From Eledone cirrhosa (lineage: Eukaryota): a stretch of 64,000 nt of DNA. Both the position numbers and the translations under genes were made by a program. The stretch spans positions 309,132,001 to 309,196,000 of the forward strand of contig OZ024742.1 of assembly GCA_964016885.1 (NCBI GenBank), given 5' to 3'. The notes under the pieces were generated by a model that did no database searches, was not told the origin of the DNA, and saw only the letters and a program-made list of their open reading frames with translations. Shown here one piece after another: positions 12,401 to 26,040 of this stretch (within the stretch, counting starts at the first letter, position 1; each line of letters begins with the position of its first letter).

Positions 12401-13789
12401 CAATGCCCCAGAAATGTCCTCTCCCACATTCTTCAAAACTGATGTTCAATACTGAACATCCACCATATCATATCAATTACCCCAGCCCAGGAAGGCCGGT
12501 GGGGTCATGGACATTGTTCCTTACTCTCATCTAAACTATTCAGCTTCTTCTTTGCCCATATTCCTAGGAGGGTTGTAGAGGCAAAGTCTTCAAACACTCC
12601 GTCCAGCAGGTCCTATCAGAAGGAACCATCTCCAATTGATCCAGCTGGATCCCCAAATGAGACCAGCCAAGCTCATTGATGCTATCCAACCATCTTTTTC
12701 AGAGTCTACCCCTGGGTATCTTGCCAGTTGTTTTGCCTGTGAAATCTGTCCAGCAATTATTTCCTGAGACAATCTAACCACATTCCTGAATTATCAGAGC
12801 TGTGATTTCTCAAATCATACCAAAAATAAAAATACTAACTATTGGCAATTAAGCAGATTGAAATGCACAGCCCAATGCCTGAAATAAGTTCTGAAAACCA
12901 AGTAGTTGGTAGTATAGTATCATAATCATCATTTAACATATGATTTCCCTGCTAGAAAGAGTGTGTGGGTGTGTGCATGTGTGTGTGTGTGTGTGTGTGT
13001 GTGTACGTGCATTTGTAGTGTTGGTGCAGTGATAAAATGCGTGCACCCAATGCACTGTAAAGTGGTTAGCAATAGGAAGAGTATTTAGTCACAGAAAAAA
13101 TTCCAGACAAAGGAGAGGACTCTTCAGGTATTTTAAAGACATCATAACCTTCCCTAGAGCTGGTGCCATGATAAAAAGTGCACCCAAAACACACTGTGAA
13201 GTGTGGAAATATATGTAAGCGACATGCAACCCCTGAACCATCTGAGAGGCCAGTAGCCCCCATTTAAGTACTGATTTGGTTTGTGATGACCCGTCCAAAA
13301 TTGCTAGCAGCGAAAACGTTAAATGGTGTTGATGATCACACACACACACAAAGTTGATTCTATCAAAAGTGAGGTGTTTAGGCTCATATAAATATTTGAA
13401 ACATCTGTATTACGGAATTTAAAAATTACATATCTTCTAGCCTTAAGTTAAATAAAAATGTGTACACAGACTATTATATGGGAGAAAAGTATACAGATAA
13501 GTCACAAACTAAAAGACAGATCAAGAAGTCCTCAGGCTAATATAAAAGGGGATTATACGATTTCTTTTATTTATATATATAATCTGTGTGTGTGTGTATA
13601 ATGTATGTATGTCTGTATACATTCTTTTCCCTTCTCATTGAAATTTTCTCTAAGTTCAGGCAGTTACATGAATAATTAGATTGGGTATGTTATACTCTAT
13701 AAACAGATTCCCTAGTGATATTCAGAACTGGTTTATATATTTATATGCCTTTACAAAGAATTGAAATAGGAATTACAGCAAAGGGTGAA

Positions 13790-14110
13790 TAATCTATGGC
13801 CTGGTGGTCACAGGAAAATATAAATCTATTACCTTGGAGTCACTGTAAAAGGTCTATGAACTAGGTGTCACAACAACAAGTGACTATGAGCTAGGTGTCA
13901 CACAAAAAGGTGACTGTGACCTAGATATCACAGTAAATGATGAATCTATGACCTATGGTTTACAGCAGAAGATGACTGTGATCTAGTTGTCACAACAAAA
14001 TGTGTATCTATGATCTAGGTGTCACACCAAAATATTAATCTATAACCTAGAGGTCACACCAGAATGACTATGACCTAGGGTTCACAGCAAAACATGACTA
14101 TGACCAAGTT
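13790..14110. repeat. Degenerate ~30-bp minisatellite (ctatgacctaggtgtcacaacaaaa..)
   Basis: About 10 recurrences are visible. Confidence 0.8.
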
Positions 14111-15352
14111 TAGATTCCTAGCTGTTTCACTTCATGTGCTACTGGAATGGAATGGATCTCCAATTTGGATGATGAGTGTTCCAGTTGTTGGATCAATAAG
14201 GCAGCCTGCTATAGCTGAGCATTCCACAAATATATGTACCCTTAATGTAATTCTTGAGAAGATTCAGAGTGACACAATGTGTGGCAAGGCTGGTCCTTTG
14301 AATTTCAGGTACAATCCATCTGAAAAGCTTCCAAACAGTTTCTGTCGACTCAATTTCACTCACATGGCTTAGGTCAATCTAATTCTAATGTAAATGACAC
14401 TTGCTTAATCTTTTCATGACTGCATTTCCAATAAAATATATTCTATTTAAATTAATTAAGGAATAATTTTGAGGGATTTACTAAAATTATTAATTATTTT
14501 ATTACAAAGACAATAACAATGTAAGGTTCTTATATAAAATTGTTGGAAGATTTTAATTTAAATTGGAAACCTTTAAAATGGGTGGTTTTATTTCATAAAT
14601 CCAAAGCCAGTTTTGGCCAGGTTGGTAACTGAAGGGTTAGGATGCCATGCAGTAGAAATGAAACCGGGACCTAATGATTGTGAAGTGAACTCATTAACCA
14701 TTTTGCCATGCTGTGACCAGTCCTGTTACTAATTCTGTTAGATAAACCACAGACATTACACCTCCTGATATCATTACCACCCATATTTATTGGGGCAGGT
14801 GGTTATATTACTTAGTGTCACATTACTTTTGGTAAGACAAGGTATTCAAATTCGTTAGGGTCTATATAAGAAAAAGAGAAAAGGGTAACAAATAAAGATA
14901 AAGAAAACTCTGAATCTTTTTTATTATTTAGAGGAGGGGAAAGTACAATGCATATAACTCTTTTCAGTACCTCTATGGTTAGTGGGATGAAGGGAGGAAG
15001 TTATTGTTAGACCAGATACCTAGTTTTAAAACTTGCAACAACAGTCAATTATGCTAAAGGCACTCAAGGACAAATCAGTTGTGGTAAATATGCTAATAGA
15101 TTAAGTTTACAATCGAAAACAAAAAGAAAAATTGTTTCTCCAATGGGCTTCCACACAGTTTCTGTCTATAAAATTCCACTTGTGCACAATGCAATAAAAT
15201 CTGAAACCACATAACTATACTGTAAACTTCCTAACTACACAGCAGTAGGTAAATGCCTTTTCATGTTTCTGGGATCAAGTACTGACAGGTTCAGTCTGGA
15301 TTGTCATTATTCAATAGTTGATGAAATTAGTGCCAATAACATACTGAGGCAG

Positions 15353-15664
15353 TTTGAAATGTGTGTGTCCCAACACAAATGACCAAAATAATAGTCAATC
15401 ACTATAAATAGTTGAGAAAATCAGGTAAAGTATCTCTGGTGAAGGGAAAAAAGAAAGACAGAAGCAGCTTTGTCCACCTTATTTCACTTCCAGGAGTACT
15501 TTCCTCAATTTTCTCAACTATTTATAGTGATTGACTATTTGCCTTTCATCCTTATGGGGTCGATAAAATAAAGTACCAGTAATGTACTGGTTAATTTGCT
15601 GGCCTTGTGCCTAGAGTAGAAACAATTATTAAGGTCATTTGTGTTGGGATGCACACATTTCAAA
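15353..15664. mobile_element. Long-TIR fold-back MITE whose right arm is split by a SINE fragment (15539-15630)
   Basis: 15353-15439 is the reverse complement of 15490-15539 plus about 15626-15664. Confidence 0.7.
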
Positions 15665-16187
15665 TTTCCCCAATGCTTCTTAAATCAACTGCATTGTTTA
15701 CTCATTTCAGGATAAATGTGGTATTTAGTTGATATGAATGACATAATAATGCTCCACATCATTTTCATTTAACAGAAGGCCTTCTTACTGAGGAGTGAAA
15801 AACTCCCATAATCTGTGGACACTTAAGTTTTACTATATCTCATCTCAGCTTGAAATCTGTATATTTGTTTTCCATTTAACTCTAGCACAGAGTTAATAGA
15901 GAATATATCAATGGGTTTTCTCTGGAAGTGAGAACAAACACTTGTGAAAGTGATATCTATTGTTCTCATTGTGAGCATCATGCCACAGAATAAAATTGAA
16001 ATTAGAGTATCATTAGAAACACAGTGCTTGATTGCTTGATTAATAATAACTTGAATTGTCTTGGGTTAACAATTGTTGTGTCTATTGTAATGAAATATTA
16101 TCCTCAGCTGCTCTTTACTTGCCTTACTTTGGTTTTAGTATCATTTCAAACCTTTTCAGTACAAACTTTCTATTGTAAACTCTAGAG

Positions 16188-16370
16188 CAGTGGTTCCCAA
16201 AGTGGGTTCCACAAAGGAGTGTCTGGGGTCCTGTGAAAAAAGGTAGAAGAGCGTATTTATATTACAACCATATAACAGTATTAGACTTTGGTGTTCCCCC
16301 AAAAATTTCTGAACCTCAAGGTTTCTGAACCAAAAAAGGTTCTGCATTTGAAAAAGTTTAGGAAACTCTG
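16188..16370. mobile_element. hAT (Charlie/MER5-like) MITE
   Basis: Termini CAGTGGTTCCCAAA ... TTTAGGAAACTCTG with an 8-bp target duplication ctctagag/ctctacag. Confidence 0.75.
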
Positions 16371-16477
16371 CTCTACAGTAATTCATTTCACAAAACACAA
16401 GTCCAAGTCAAACTCACTTTTTTAAGGATTAGGTTGCAATATAACCTTAAATTGGCCACAATACACTTATTGATATT

Positions 16478-16706
16478 TAACCCTTTCATAACCCTATTCG
16501 AATTAAATACATTGTATTTCAATTAATTAATGAAGAATTTTGAAGGACTTACTAACATTATTAATTATTTCATTACTAAGAGAGTAACTTAACATATTGT
16601 TCTTATATAAAATTATTTTGGAAGATTTAAATTTATATAGGAAATGGGTCACTTTTGTTTCAAAGAACCAGTGGTGGTTTTGGCTAGGCTAGTATCAAAA
16701 CAGTTA
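16478..16706. mobile_element. TTAA-flanked AT-rich MITE family B
   Basis: TTAACCCTTTC...AGTTAA. Related copies at about 14405-14640, 23303-23575 and 10520-10727. Confidence 0.55.
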
Positions 16707-16874
16707 ATCTATCAATCCTGGAGAAATAAAGGCAACTTCAATTGCAAGTGGGATCTGAATTTAGAAATGAGAGGCACCATGAGAGAGAGCATAAAACATA
16801 TCTTGAATTTCTACTATCTTAGTCAACTACATTACCCTGGTAATAGAATAATGGTGATCATTATTTATTGAGGT

Positions 16875-17443
16875 TTAACCGTTTAGCATTAAACAGACCA
16901 TATCTGGCCAGAATTCTCTGACCTTTTTCTGTTAAAACTGGCCACTCATACTGATGCTAAGGTATTGTTCTCAAAATAAATATCAAAATCTCGTAGATTC
17001 AATATTATGTGAGATAATTATGTGAGGTAAAGCTTTTACCATGGAAATACAATAGTAAATATAGAGTAATCATCATCATCATCATCATTTCATTTTACGT
17101 CCACTTTTTCCCTGCTTGCAAGGGTGGGACGGGAACTGATTCTGGCATGATTTCTACAGCTGGATGCCCTTCCTAACACCAACCTCATTTACAGTGAGTG
17201 CTGGGTGCTTTTTTGCCGTGGCACCTCCACGACCACTTTGCAGTGGAATGATAGAGACCCCAGTCCCTATCATCTCATTTCTACAGCTGAGTAAACTGGA
17301 GCAATGTGAAATAAAGTCTCTTGCTCAAGGAAACAACACATCACCCGGTCTGAGAATTGAACTCACAACCTTTCGATTGCAAGGCCAATGTTCTAACCAC
17401 TAAGCCATATGCCTCCATAGTAATGTAAATGCTAAAGGGTTAA
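16875..17443. mobile_element. piggyBac-type MITE family A interrupted by a SINE
   Basis: The MITE body 16875-17070 resumes at 17419-17443; agtaat is duplicated at the insertion site. Confidence 0.8.
17071..17417 (-). mobile_element. tRNA-derived SINE with an RTE-derived 3' tail
   Basis: A-box/B-box-like head (TGGCTTAGTGGTTAG...GAGTTCAATTCTC), central ccttgagcaagagactttatttcacattgctcc, a tail matching the LINE at 62070-62340, and a (GAT)n end. Confidence 0.85.
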
Positions 17444-17889
17444 AGTCAGATAGAAGACTAATCTAGCCTCATCGCCATGTGGTGGGTCTTGGGAAAGCAT
17501 TTGTTATGGTTTGCTAATGAAGTTCTATGTATGAAAAAATATGTTGATGAATGATAATGAACTGTTCATAGCATATTTGCCAACCATCAGACATGTAGCG
17601 TAAAAAGAAGACTGAAAGAATAAGGTCAAATATTTATTGAAGAAGAGATAGCAATTATGATATTCATAACTTTCTTGATTTCATATTAACAACAATTTCT
17701 TAAATACTTAGCAGGGGTTACATATGGAAGTCCAAGTAACAACAATAGTTTGACAATACTTGTTTCTCTATATCATACCAGATGAAATGGTTCATCTTCC
17801 ACAGAAAAAACAATTGGAATAACTAACACACAACCATGAAAATAAAAGTACTAAAGTACAAATTGAGAAATTATAGTTAGAATGTTTTT

Positions 17890-18225
17890 AAACATAGGAC
17901 TGCTCAATCAAAAAACAACAGTTAAGTCTCTTTTGAGCATAAGCCTGCTCAATCAAGACCAACCTGGGGCTAAACAATGGTTAAATCTCTTTTGATCATA
18001 GGCCTGCTCAATCATGGCTAACCTGTGGCTAAACAACAGTTAAACCTCTTTGATCATAGGTTCACTCAATCAAAGTTGACCAGTGGCTAAACAACAGCAA
18101 CAGTTAAGTCTCTTTTGATCATAGGTTTGCTCAATCAAGACCGACCTGAGGCTAAACAATAATGGTTAAGCCTCTGTTGATCATAGGTCTGCTCAATCAA
18201 AGTTGACCTGGAGCTAAACAACAAC
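17890..18225. repeat. ~58-bp minisatellite, about 6 copies
   Basis: Unit is approximately aacaacagttaagtctcttttgatcataggcctgctcaatcaagaccgacctggggctaa. Confidence 0.85.
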
Positions 18226-18729
18226 CCAGTACACTCTGTAAAGTGGTTGGTGTTAGGGAGGGTAAATGGCTATAGAATATAGGCCAAAAAATGAAACATT
18301 GGACAAAACATGATTCTGCGACCTGTCTAGGAGAACAGTAGCTCAAATTAAGTACTGACAGTCTGTAGCAACCCATCCAACCAATGACTGCATTGAAACA
18401 TGTGATGGTTACAAAACACAGAACACATCACATACAACAATGATGGTAAACCATATAATTTATCACTAATTAATACAGCCAATATTACAGTAAAATTATA
18501 CAAAATATATGTATGATATAGGAAGACAATTTAAAACAAGAAAAATAATAGTGCACATTATTATGCTAAATAAAACTCAACAAAAGTCCTTCACCTAAAA
18601 GTAAAAGTGGAGTAAAATTTGTTTTGGACAAAGATTTCTATACCTTTAATTCACAGCTAACAATGTTGGTTTTAATATTTTAATTTAATTACTCTTCTAC
18701 ATTAAGTTAAAGAGAATTAATTACATTTA

Positions 18730-19485
18730 GTTGCTTATTAGCAGATCCAGTGTTATTACAATTACTTAGACAATTACTAATTAAAAGAGCCATCGTTATT
18801 ACAATTACTAATTAGAAAAGTCAGAGTTATTATAAATACTTATTAGGATAGTTCGTGTTATTACAGTTATTTGAACAATTATTAATTAGAAGAGCTAATG
18901 TGATTACAATTACTAATTTGAAGAGCCATCGTTATTACAATTATTTAGACAATTTCTAATTAGAAGAGCCATCATTATTTGGCAGTATCGGTAGAGGGTC
19001 GGACACCATGCTTTGACGCATAGAGTTACGGTCCTTGCCATTCTGAGTTCAAATCCCGTCGAGGTTTACTTTGCCTTTCATCCTTACGGGGTCGATAAAA
19101 TAAAGTACCAGTAATGCACTGGGTAATTGCTGGCCTTGTGCCAAAAGTAGAAACAATTATTGGGTTAACTTTGCCTTTCATCCTTACGGGGTCGATAAAA
19201 TAAAGTACCAGTAATACACTGGGATAATTGCTGGCCTTGTGCCTATAAAGTAGAAACAATTATTACAATTACTAATTAGAAGAGCCAGTGTCATTACAAT
19301 CACTAATTAGCAGAGTCCACTGTTATCGCAGTTATTTACACAATTACTTATTAGCAGCGGCCAGTGTTACAGTTATTTACACAGTTACTAATTAACAGAG
19401 GCCCAGATTACTTATTAAGCAGAGGCCACTGTTATTGCAGTTATTAACACAATTACTTAATAGCAGAGTCCAGTGTTATTACATT
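18730..19485. repeat. AT-rich degenerate minisatellite (agagccatcgttattacaattactaatt) containing a SINE insertion
   Basis: Recurring motif on both sides of the SINE at 18979-19264. Confidence 0.8.
18979..19264 (+). mobile_element. tRNA-derived SINE (core GCCTTTCATCC..GGGGTCGATAAAATAAAGTACCAG) with a tandemly duplicated 3' half
   Basis: B-box GAGTTCAAATCCC. Near-identical copies at 50838-51013 and 63411-63597; older copies at about 19490, 22715, 31735, 48710, 52620 and 63705. Confidence 0.85.
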
Positions 19486-19827
19486 TAGGTGGATTAGTAG
19501 TATCAGTGGAACGTCGGACCCCATGCTTTGTGGCAGAGTTATGGCCCTTTTACGTTCTGAGTACAAATCTTTCATCCTTGGTGGGTCGATGAAATAAAGC
19601 ACCAGTTATGAACTGGGGTTGATTTAATCGACTTTCCCCTCCCTTTCAAATTGCTGGCCTTGTGCCTAAAATAGAAACAATTATTACAATTGTTTGCACA
19701 AAAGAAAAAGTATCTAGATGAAGACTTTAAACAAAAAAGCAAACAAATAAACTGCCTGGCATTAAATTCTCAAATGGAAACATGTATGAAAATTTAAAAG
19801 ATTAATGAAAACAACGATTTGGATGGA

Positions 19828-20130
19828 AATTTCATCACACAAGTAACACAGTGTTGTCTCCTAGCAACCCAAATTTCATCACACAAATACAATCACCAGT
19901 GTTGGTTCCTAGCAACCTAAATTTCATCACACAAATACAATCACCACAGTGTTGGTCTCCTAGCAACCCAAATTTCAGCAAACAAGTACAATCATCATAC
20001 TACAATGTTGGTCTCCTAGCAACCCAAATTTCATCACACAAATACAAACACCACAGTGTTGGTCTCCTAGCAACCCAAATTTCATCACACAAATACAAAC
20101 ACCACATCACAGTCGGTCTCCAAACAACCA
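19828..20130. repeat. ~50-bp minisatellite, about 6 copies (aaatttcatcacacaaatacaa..gttggtctcctagcaaccc)
   Basis: Directly visible; accounts for ORF 19851-20222. Confidence 0.9.
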
Positions 20131-20500
20131 AATGTACAATTCTGGTCATTCATTTCACAACACATCTGAATAAACTTCTGTCAGTTTCGGCAAGTGTTCC
20201 AGTTGTTCGATCAATGGGATAGCTAATTCCTGAAATTAATGTGTAAGAGGGTGAGTATTTGACAGACATGTGCACCCTCAGGGAGATTTAGCATGATACA
20301 GTGCGTGACAAGGCTGGCCCTCTGAATTACAAGTACAGTCCATCCAACAAGCTTTCAAAAAAGTTTTCAGCTACCCAATTTCACTCATATAATGAAGTAC
20401 TAAAGTGTCAAAATCTAAGACAAGTTCATTAGACCCTATCAAAGAGAGAAAACTAAAATATTTTTGGACATATAATCAGAATAAAATGGTTTATAGAGAC

Positions 20501-20730
20501 TTACTCCTTTAGCATTTAAACTGGACATAGCCGGCCAGAATTCTCTCACCTCTTTCTGTTCAAACCGGTCATAACCGGCTGCTCGTATGTATTGTTAATA
20601 GGTATTGTTTTCAAAATAAATAACATCAAAATCTCGTAGAATCAATTTCATGAGATAATTATCTAAGATAAAGCCTTTACCACAGAAATACAATAGTATA
20701 TATAGAGTAATGTAAATGCTAAAGGGTTAA
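20501..20730. mobile_element. piggyBac-type MITE family A inserted in an old RTE/BovB-like 3' fragment (about 20400-20890)
   Basis: Same TIRs as the other family A copies. The flanks translate to IKERKLKY..GHIIR and RIMWINNI. Confidence 0.75.
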
Positions 20731-21929
20731 TACAAAACAAAAGAAGCAGGGAGTGTGGAAAAGCAAAGTCAAGAATTATGTGGATCAATAATATTGAGAA
20801 TTAGACACTTAAAACACAGTGAATGTATAAGGACAGCACAAGAATGATGCTCTGCTCAGAGCAGATGATACATGATGATGATGATGATAATGAATCTACA
20901 AGAAATCACACCATTGTATTTTACGGGAGTCAGTAAAATCACTAAGTTCATTCTCTTCTTAGCACACTGAATAGTATCAAGCAGTTAAAATGACAAGAAA
21001 AGACAAAAATGAATAAATAAATAAATAAAGCGTACTCTAAACAGTTGGGCCACAAGATGTCATAGCATGGAAAGTTACGATTATTAATAAGAATTTGTTT
21101 TTCTCAAAGAAGGTTTCAATGGGTGTAATTTGTATCTAACTTGAACTGAGGTGAAAATCTAATATGAAACCCAAAGATATCAAACTTTCACTACCAAAGT
21201 AGTATGATATGACATGCAGTCTCCAATTGGCAGGGGCATAACATCCATGAACTCAGCTGGTCTCACTTGAGGATCTGGCCAGATTAATTAGGGATGGTTG
21301 CTTCAGGCAGGACCTGCTGGAAGGAGTGCTTGAGGACTCTGCCCCACTACCCTCCCAAGGAGAAGAGGAGAAAGAAAATAAAATTAAATAGTTACTATTT
21401 AACTTTACCCCTACACAGACATAAGGAAGTGTTCCACTATCACTCCATAATAACTTTTATGTAGCTAGGTTGTATTACCTACATTTGTTAACCTTTGATG
21501 CAATAGTAACAATGATATTATAAAAGGCTTGGTGTATAATATTTTTAAGTTTCTGCTTCACAGGCTTAAATAAACATTTTAAGGACTATCCAAAGCCTGT
21601 TAATGCAATTCAATGCACTTTTTAAAAGACCTGATCTTTATTTAGTACAGAGTACCCATGTATTTACATATCTTAGATTATTTTTACATGGAGGGATATA
21701 AATTGACTGAGACATTGCAATGCTGACTAACTGACTGACAAGTCTATAGTTCAGTCACATCACCAACATTGTACTGGATCCCATAAAAAGAAGCAACATT
21801 CAATGACCTAGTCAACTTAACTGAAAAGGAACCGACTGCTGCCAAGAATAGCACATTATATAAGTAACAAGTACTCAAGCTTTCAATCCAAACTCAATTC
21901 TCCCAATGGGTAAAGCCTATAATATTCAA

Positions 21930-22178
21930 CAGGGTGACCACAAAAACATTCCTTGATTTCAAATACTTATAATATGAAAACTTAAATGAATATTCTTACA
22001 ATATTGGTGGCTACCGTTGCATAAACTAACAAAGTTTCATGTTGTATAGGTTAGTGTCATAGACACTTGATGTGTGCCCCTTTTGTTGCTCGGCAAACAT
22101 CAATGTGATAATCAAGCTCAGTCCAGACTCTGATATTATAAGTATTTGAAATCAAGGAGTGTTTTTGTGGTGACCCTG
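21930..22178. mobile_element. Tc1/mariner-type MITE
   Basis: ~46-bp TIRs CAGGGTGACCACAAAAACATTCCTTGATTTCAAATACTTATAATAT, with TA on the right side. Confidence 0.85.
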
Positions 22179-23234
22179 TATTTGGGAAAGGGGGATGTTT
22201 CACTACTGTTCAACACAGATATGAGGGTCAACAGAAAAATTCATAGGTTGATCAAGATACTCTCATGGAATGACCCAATGAGGTATATTTTTCAGCATAG
22301 TCCCTGGAAAGAAACAATGCAATTATTAATAAGAAGAGTTGAAATTAATGCATGCTAGATTTCATAGCTTTAGCATCATTCCTTCATAGTCAGCCTATGA
22401 TCTTTTCAGCTGACACCTCATAAGTGCCATCAAACCTAAAACTCATATTTGGTTGAGGCAGTTGACACCTACCAATATTTCATAATCCAACACAAAAATA
22501 CTTCATCTATATAAACTATAATATTTATCTAGACATTAACGGGTTATTGCAGGAATATGACAGAAGTTAATCCAAAGACCAAGTACGTGTGAATGGACCC
22601 TTAACAGTTGATTTCTTCCAGAGTGTGGGTGCTTGTGGATACAGACTGCCTGTGAAAACCCTATATTCAATGAAACCCCATCATGCATCCATCTAATACA
22701 AATAATTGTTTCTGATTCAAGCGCAAGGCCAACTGTTTGGGGGGAGAGGAAAGTCAATTAAATCAACCACAGTGCATTACTGGTACTTTATTTTAACAAA
22801 ACCGTAAGGATGAAAGGCAAAGCTAACCTTGGTGGGATTTGAACCCAGAACGGAAAAGGCCGAAACTATATGCTGCAAAATATGTTGTCCAACAAAAAAT
22901 GTTACAAGATCCACAGGAGCTAACATTGCTTGTTCTCCCAGACAAGTGAGTGATATTTAATCAGTGGAATGCTGTTGTCTAGTAAATAAACAACATATTT
23001 ACTATAAACATATCAGGTTTTTAATGTCAGCTTTGATGTTTATGAAAGTTTACATACACAATATCTAAAGTAAAAGTCATGATGGTCATGGCTGGAATGC
23101 TATTGATCATATGTCTGTTTGATCAGAACTGATTGGGTGTTAAACAACAACAGTTAAAACATATTTTGATAAACTGCCTGCCTTCGTTTCCTCAATCCCT
23201 TGGCGCTGCAGCTTTGGTACTACATCTCTCTCAC

Positions 23235-23281
<47 letters not shown>

Positions 23282-24888
23282 TATATATATATATGTAAAT
23301 ATTTAAACCTTTCATTACTGTATTTCTAATGAAGTACATAGTAATATTTATGACAGGATTTATCACTACACTACTTATGATTTTCAATTAAATTTGAAAA
23401 TAATCAAGATTCTTGAGAGATTTAGTATAATAAAATAACTTTGTAATTTTTAATCAGGTGTTTGAAACATAAAAAAATGTTCTTACATAACATTATAAAT
23501 GGAAGGTTAAAATTTAAATATAATCATTTTAAAGCACAGCTTGATCTAATAGAACCAGGGGCAGTTTCAAAGTTAAAATTATTTTTACATGTGGCCTGTA
23601 CATTTCTTGATTAAGGCAACATAACCTTGGGTGTTTTGTGAGTTGTGTATTTCTATTTGGGTTGATGTTATAGATCTATAGAGCTAACAACTTTCAATTA
23701 TAATTATAGATTCAGCCATATAATTACATACTATGAGATGTTTGGCTGTTGAGTAGATAAAACATTGACACTTCTTAAATGGACAGCCTGCAGTGTTTCC
23801 ACATTCATTACACGCTACAAAAGCTAACCGTTCATCAATAACAGACCACACACACGGTTCACAGGTGATGTTAGGTCACAGGTCATATACAGGTCAGCTA
23901 TAATGTATATATTACATTCAAGTCACCCACTTTCTCTCTCTTTCCATAAATAAGTACATTTTATGAAGAGCGTACATAAATTTAAATAAACAAGTAAAAT
24001 TCTCTATTAATGAATATGCATATGTATGTTAAACGATGATGATGATGTATGTACATCTTTATGAAATTATCCACACCATACACATAGTAAAATACACATA
24101 GCCAAACTCAGACACATATATACACACACATATCAAAATAAAAACAAACTCACACACGCAAGCATATACAGATACACACACGCATATAGACACACTTATA
24201 CAGACATATATTTCAGACAACTATACATACAAGTGCTAATGATATCCAAGAGTCTGAAGAAGGTACTAATTGTGTTCTATAGAAACATTACAAAAATCTA
24301 GAAGCAAGCTAAGTTGTTCTTACAAGATCATGTTAACCCACTGAGAAGACTAGGAGACCAGTTATGAAAGATATTAGATAAAGAAGATTTAAACTATCTA
24401 TCAGTCAATATTGATCAAGTGATCAAGCAGTGTAATTTAATCAAAACACTGTAGACTCTGAACATATCTTACAATCCAATAGGTTTCCATAAAAAAAGTA
24501 ATGCTTTTCCAAATCATCATCATTTTACATCTGCTTTTCTATGCTTGCATGGTTTAGACATATTTTCCAGCACCACAACCATCCATTCTTTTAACATAAT
24601 CAAACAGTTATTATTATTAAAATTAGAGCATCCCAAATGCTTTATTTAAAATGAATTAAACATTCTGTTAATTAGAATCAAAGATCTCACTACTGTTATA
24701 TCCTCAGCTTAATGTTATCAGCCAGATATTCTTATTGAAAATGTTTCATCTCAAACTGGTGTCAATAAAGTGACTGCTATTATATTTAAGAATCAATGTT
24801 GTTTATATTATTATTATTATTATTAGGGTGCTGGGTAAATAGAAATGAGAGAGAGCCAGACTTGAGAACAGATTGGCGAGTCTAGCAC

Positions 24889-25677
24889 TACGAGGTCTGA
24901 CCTTAGACTGGGAAAGAAAATTAGGTGGGGTTTGATTGCTAATTAAAGTAGGCCCCTTGTGCATCCATACAGCCTAGTGATTCTTCTACTGTTCGAAGCA
25001 TGTCAGTAATGCTTATTCCATAATGGCTCACTGCTCCACTGTCATTGTCTGCCTCATGTCCTTCCAGCTCCCAAACAGGAAGCCTTTCAGCGGCATCTTT
25101 ATGTTGGGAAACAACCAGAAGTTAGAAACCATGTCTGGAGAGTAGGGAACCTGGCAAATGAGCAAAATGTCTTGCTTTGTCAAGAAACCTTCAATTAGCA
25201 ATGATGAATGAGTCAGGGTGTGTTGTCATGATGCAGTTGCCAGTTTTGTGAGACCCACCAATCCAGTCTCTTGCACCTTAGTGCATCACAGACACCAGAT
25301 GACTTCCTGATAGTACACACTGCTTCTCCTGGTGCATATTTGTGATGCACAACACTTTGGTAGTTGAAGAAAACAGTCAGTATCTTCATGATTTTGTTCC
25401 TCACTTGATGTGCTTTTTGGAGCCTTGGTGATGTCGGATGTTTACCAGCATCTCACCTCCAGTTATCACAGGGCTCAGGAACTCAGGAGCCTTGTTGGCA
25501 GTATCGAGTAAAATGAAAATCTGACAAGTAAGTAGTACAGCGCCCATGACAGGAATTGACACATCCAGCAAGCTTTTAAAAAAACTATACATGCACATAA
25601 ATGTATTCTCTCGTACGTCATTACTTCCTATGGGGAAAAAAAAAATGATGCTGGTTAGTTTTTTCACAGATCTTGTA
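24889..25677 (-). mobile_element. Decayed, internally deleted mariner (Mos1-like) transposon
   Basis: Fragments VFFNYQSVVHHKYAP, DALRCKRLDWWVSQNWQLHHDNTP and C-terminal CMDAQGAYF. Ends TACGAGGTCTG and TACAAGATCTG. Confidence 0.75.
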
Positions 25678-25932
25678 TTTAGTTATGCCCCTTTATTTTC
25701 TAGGATTAAATCCTACTGAAATGAATTTTGAATTTCTTATATTTATTTATTTTTGCACATCACGTTGTTGTAAACAATAGTATCATTGTTTACGTGTCTC
25801 TAATGAGCTAATTACTAGTGCATACATTTACAATGGAATTATTTTTGAAAGCAGTTTTAATAGTTTTCTCACCAATACATACACATCATCATCATCATCT
25901 TCGTTTAACGTCCATCTTCCACACTAACATGG

Positions 25933-26040
<108 letters not shown>

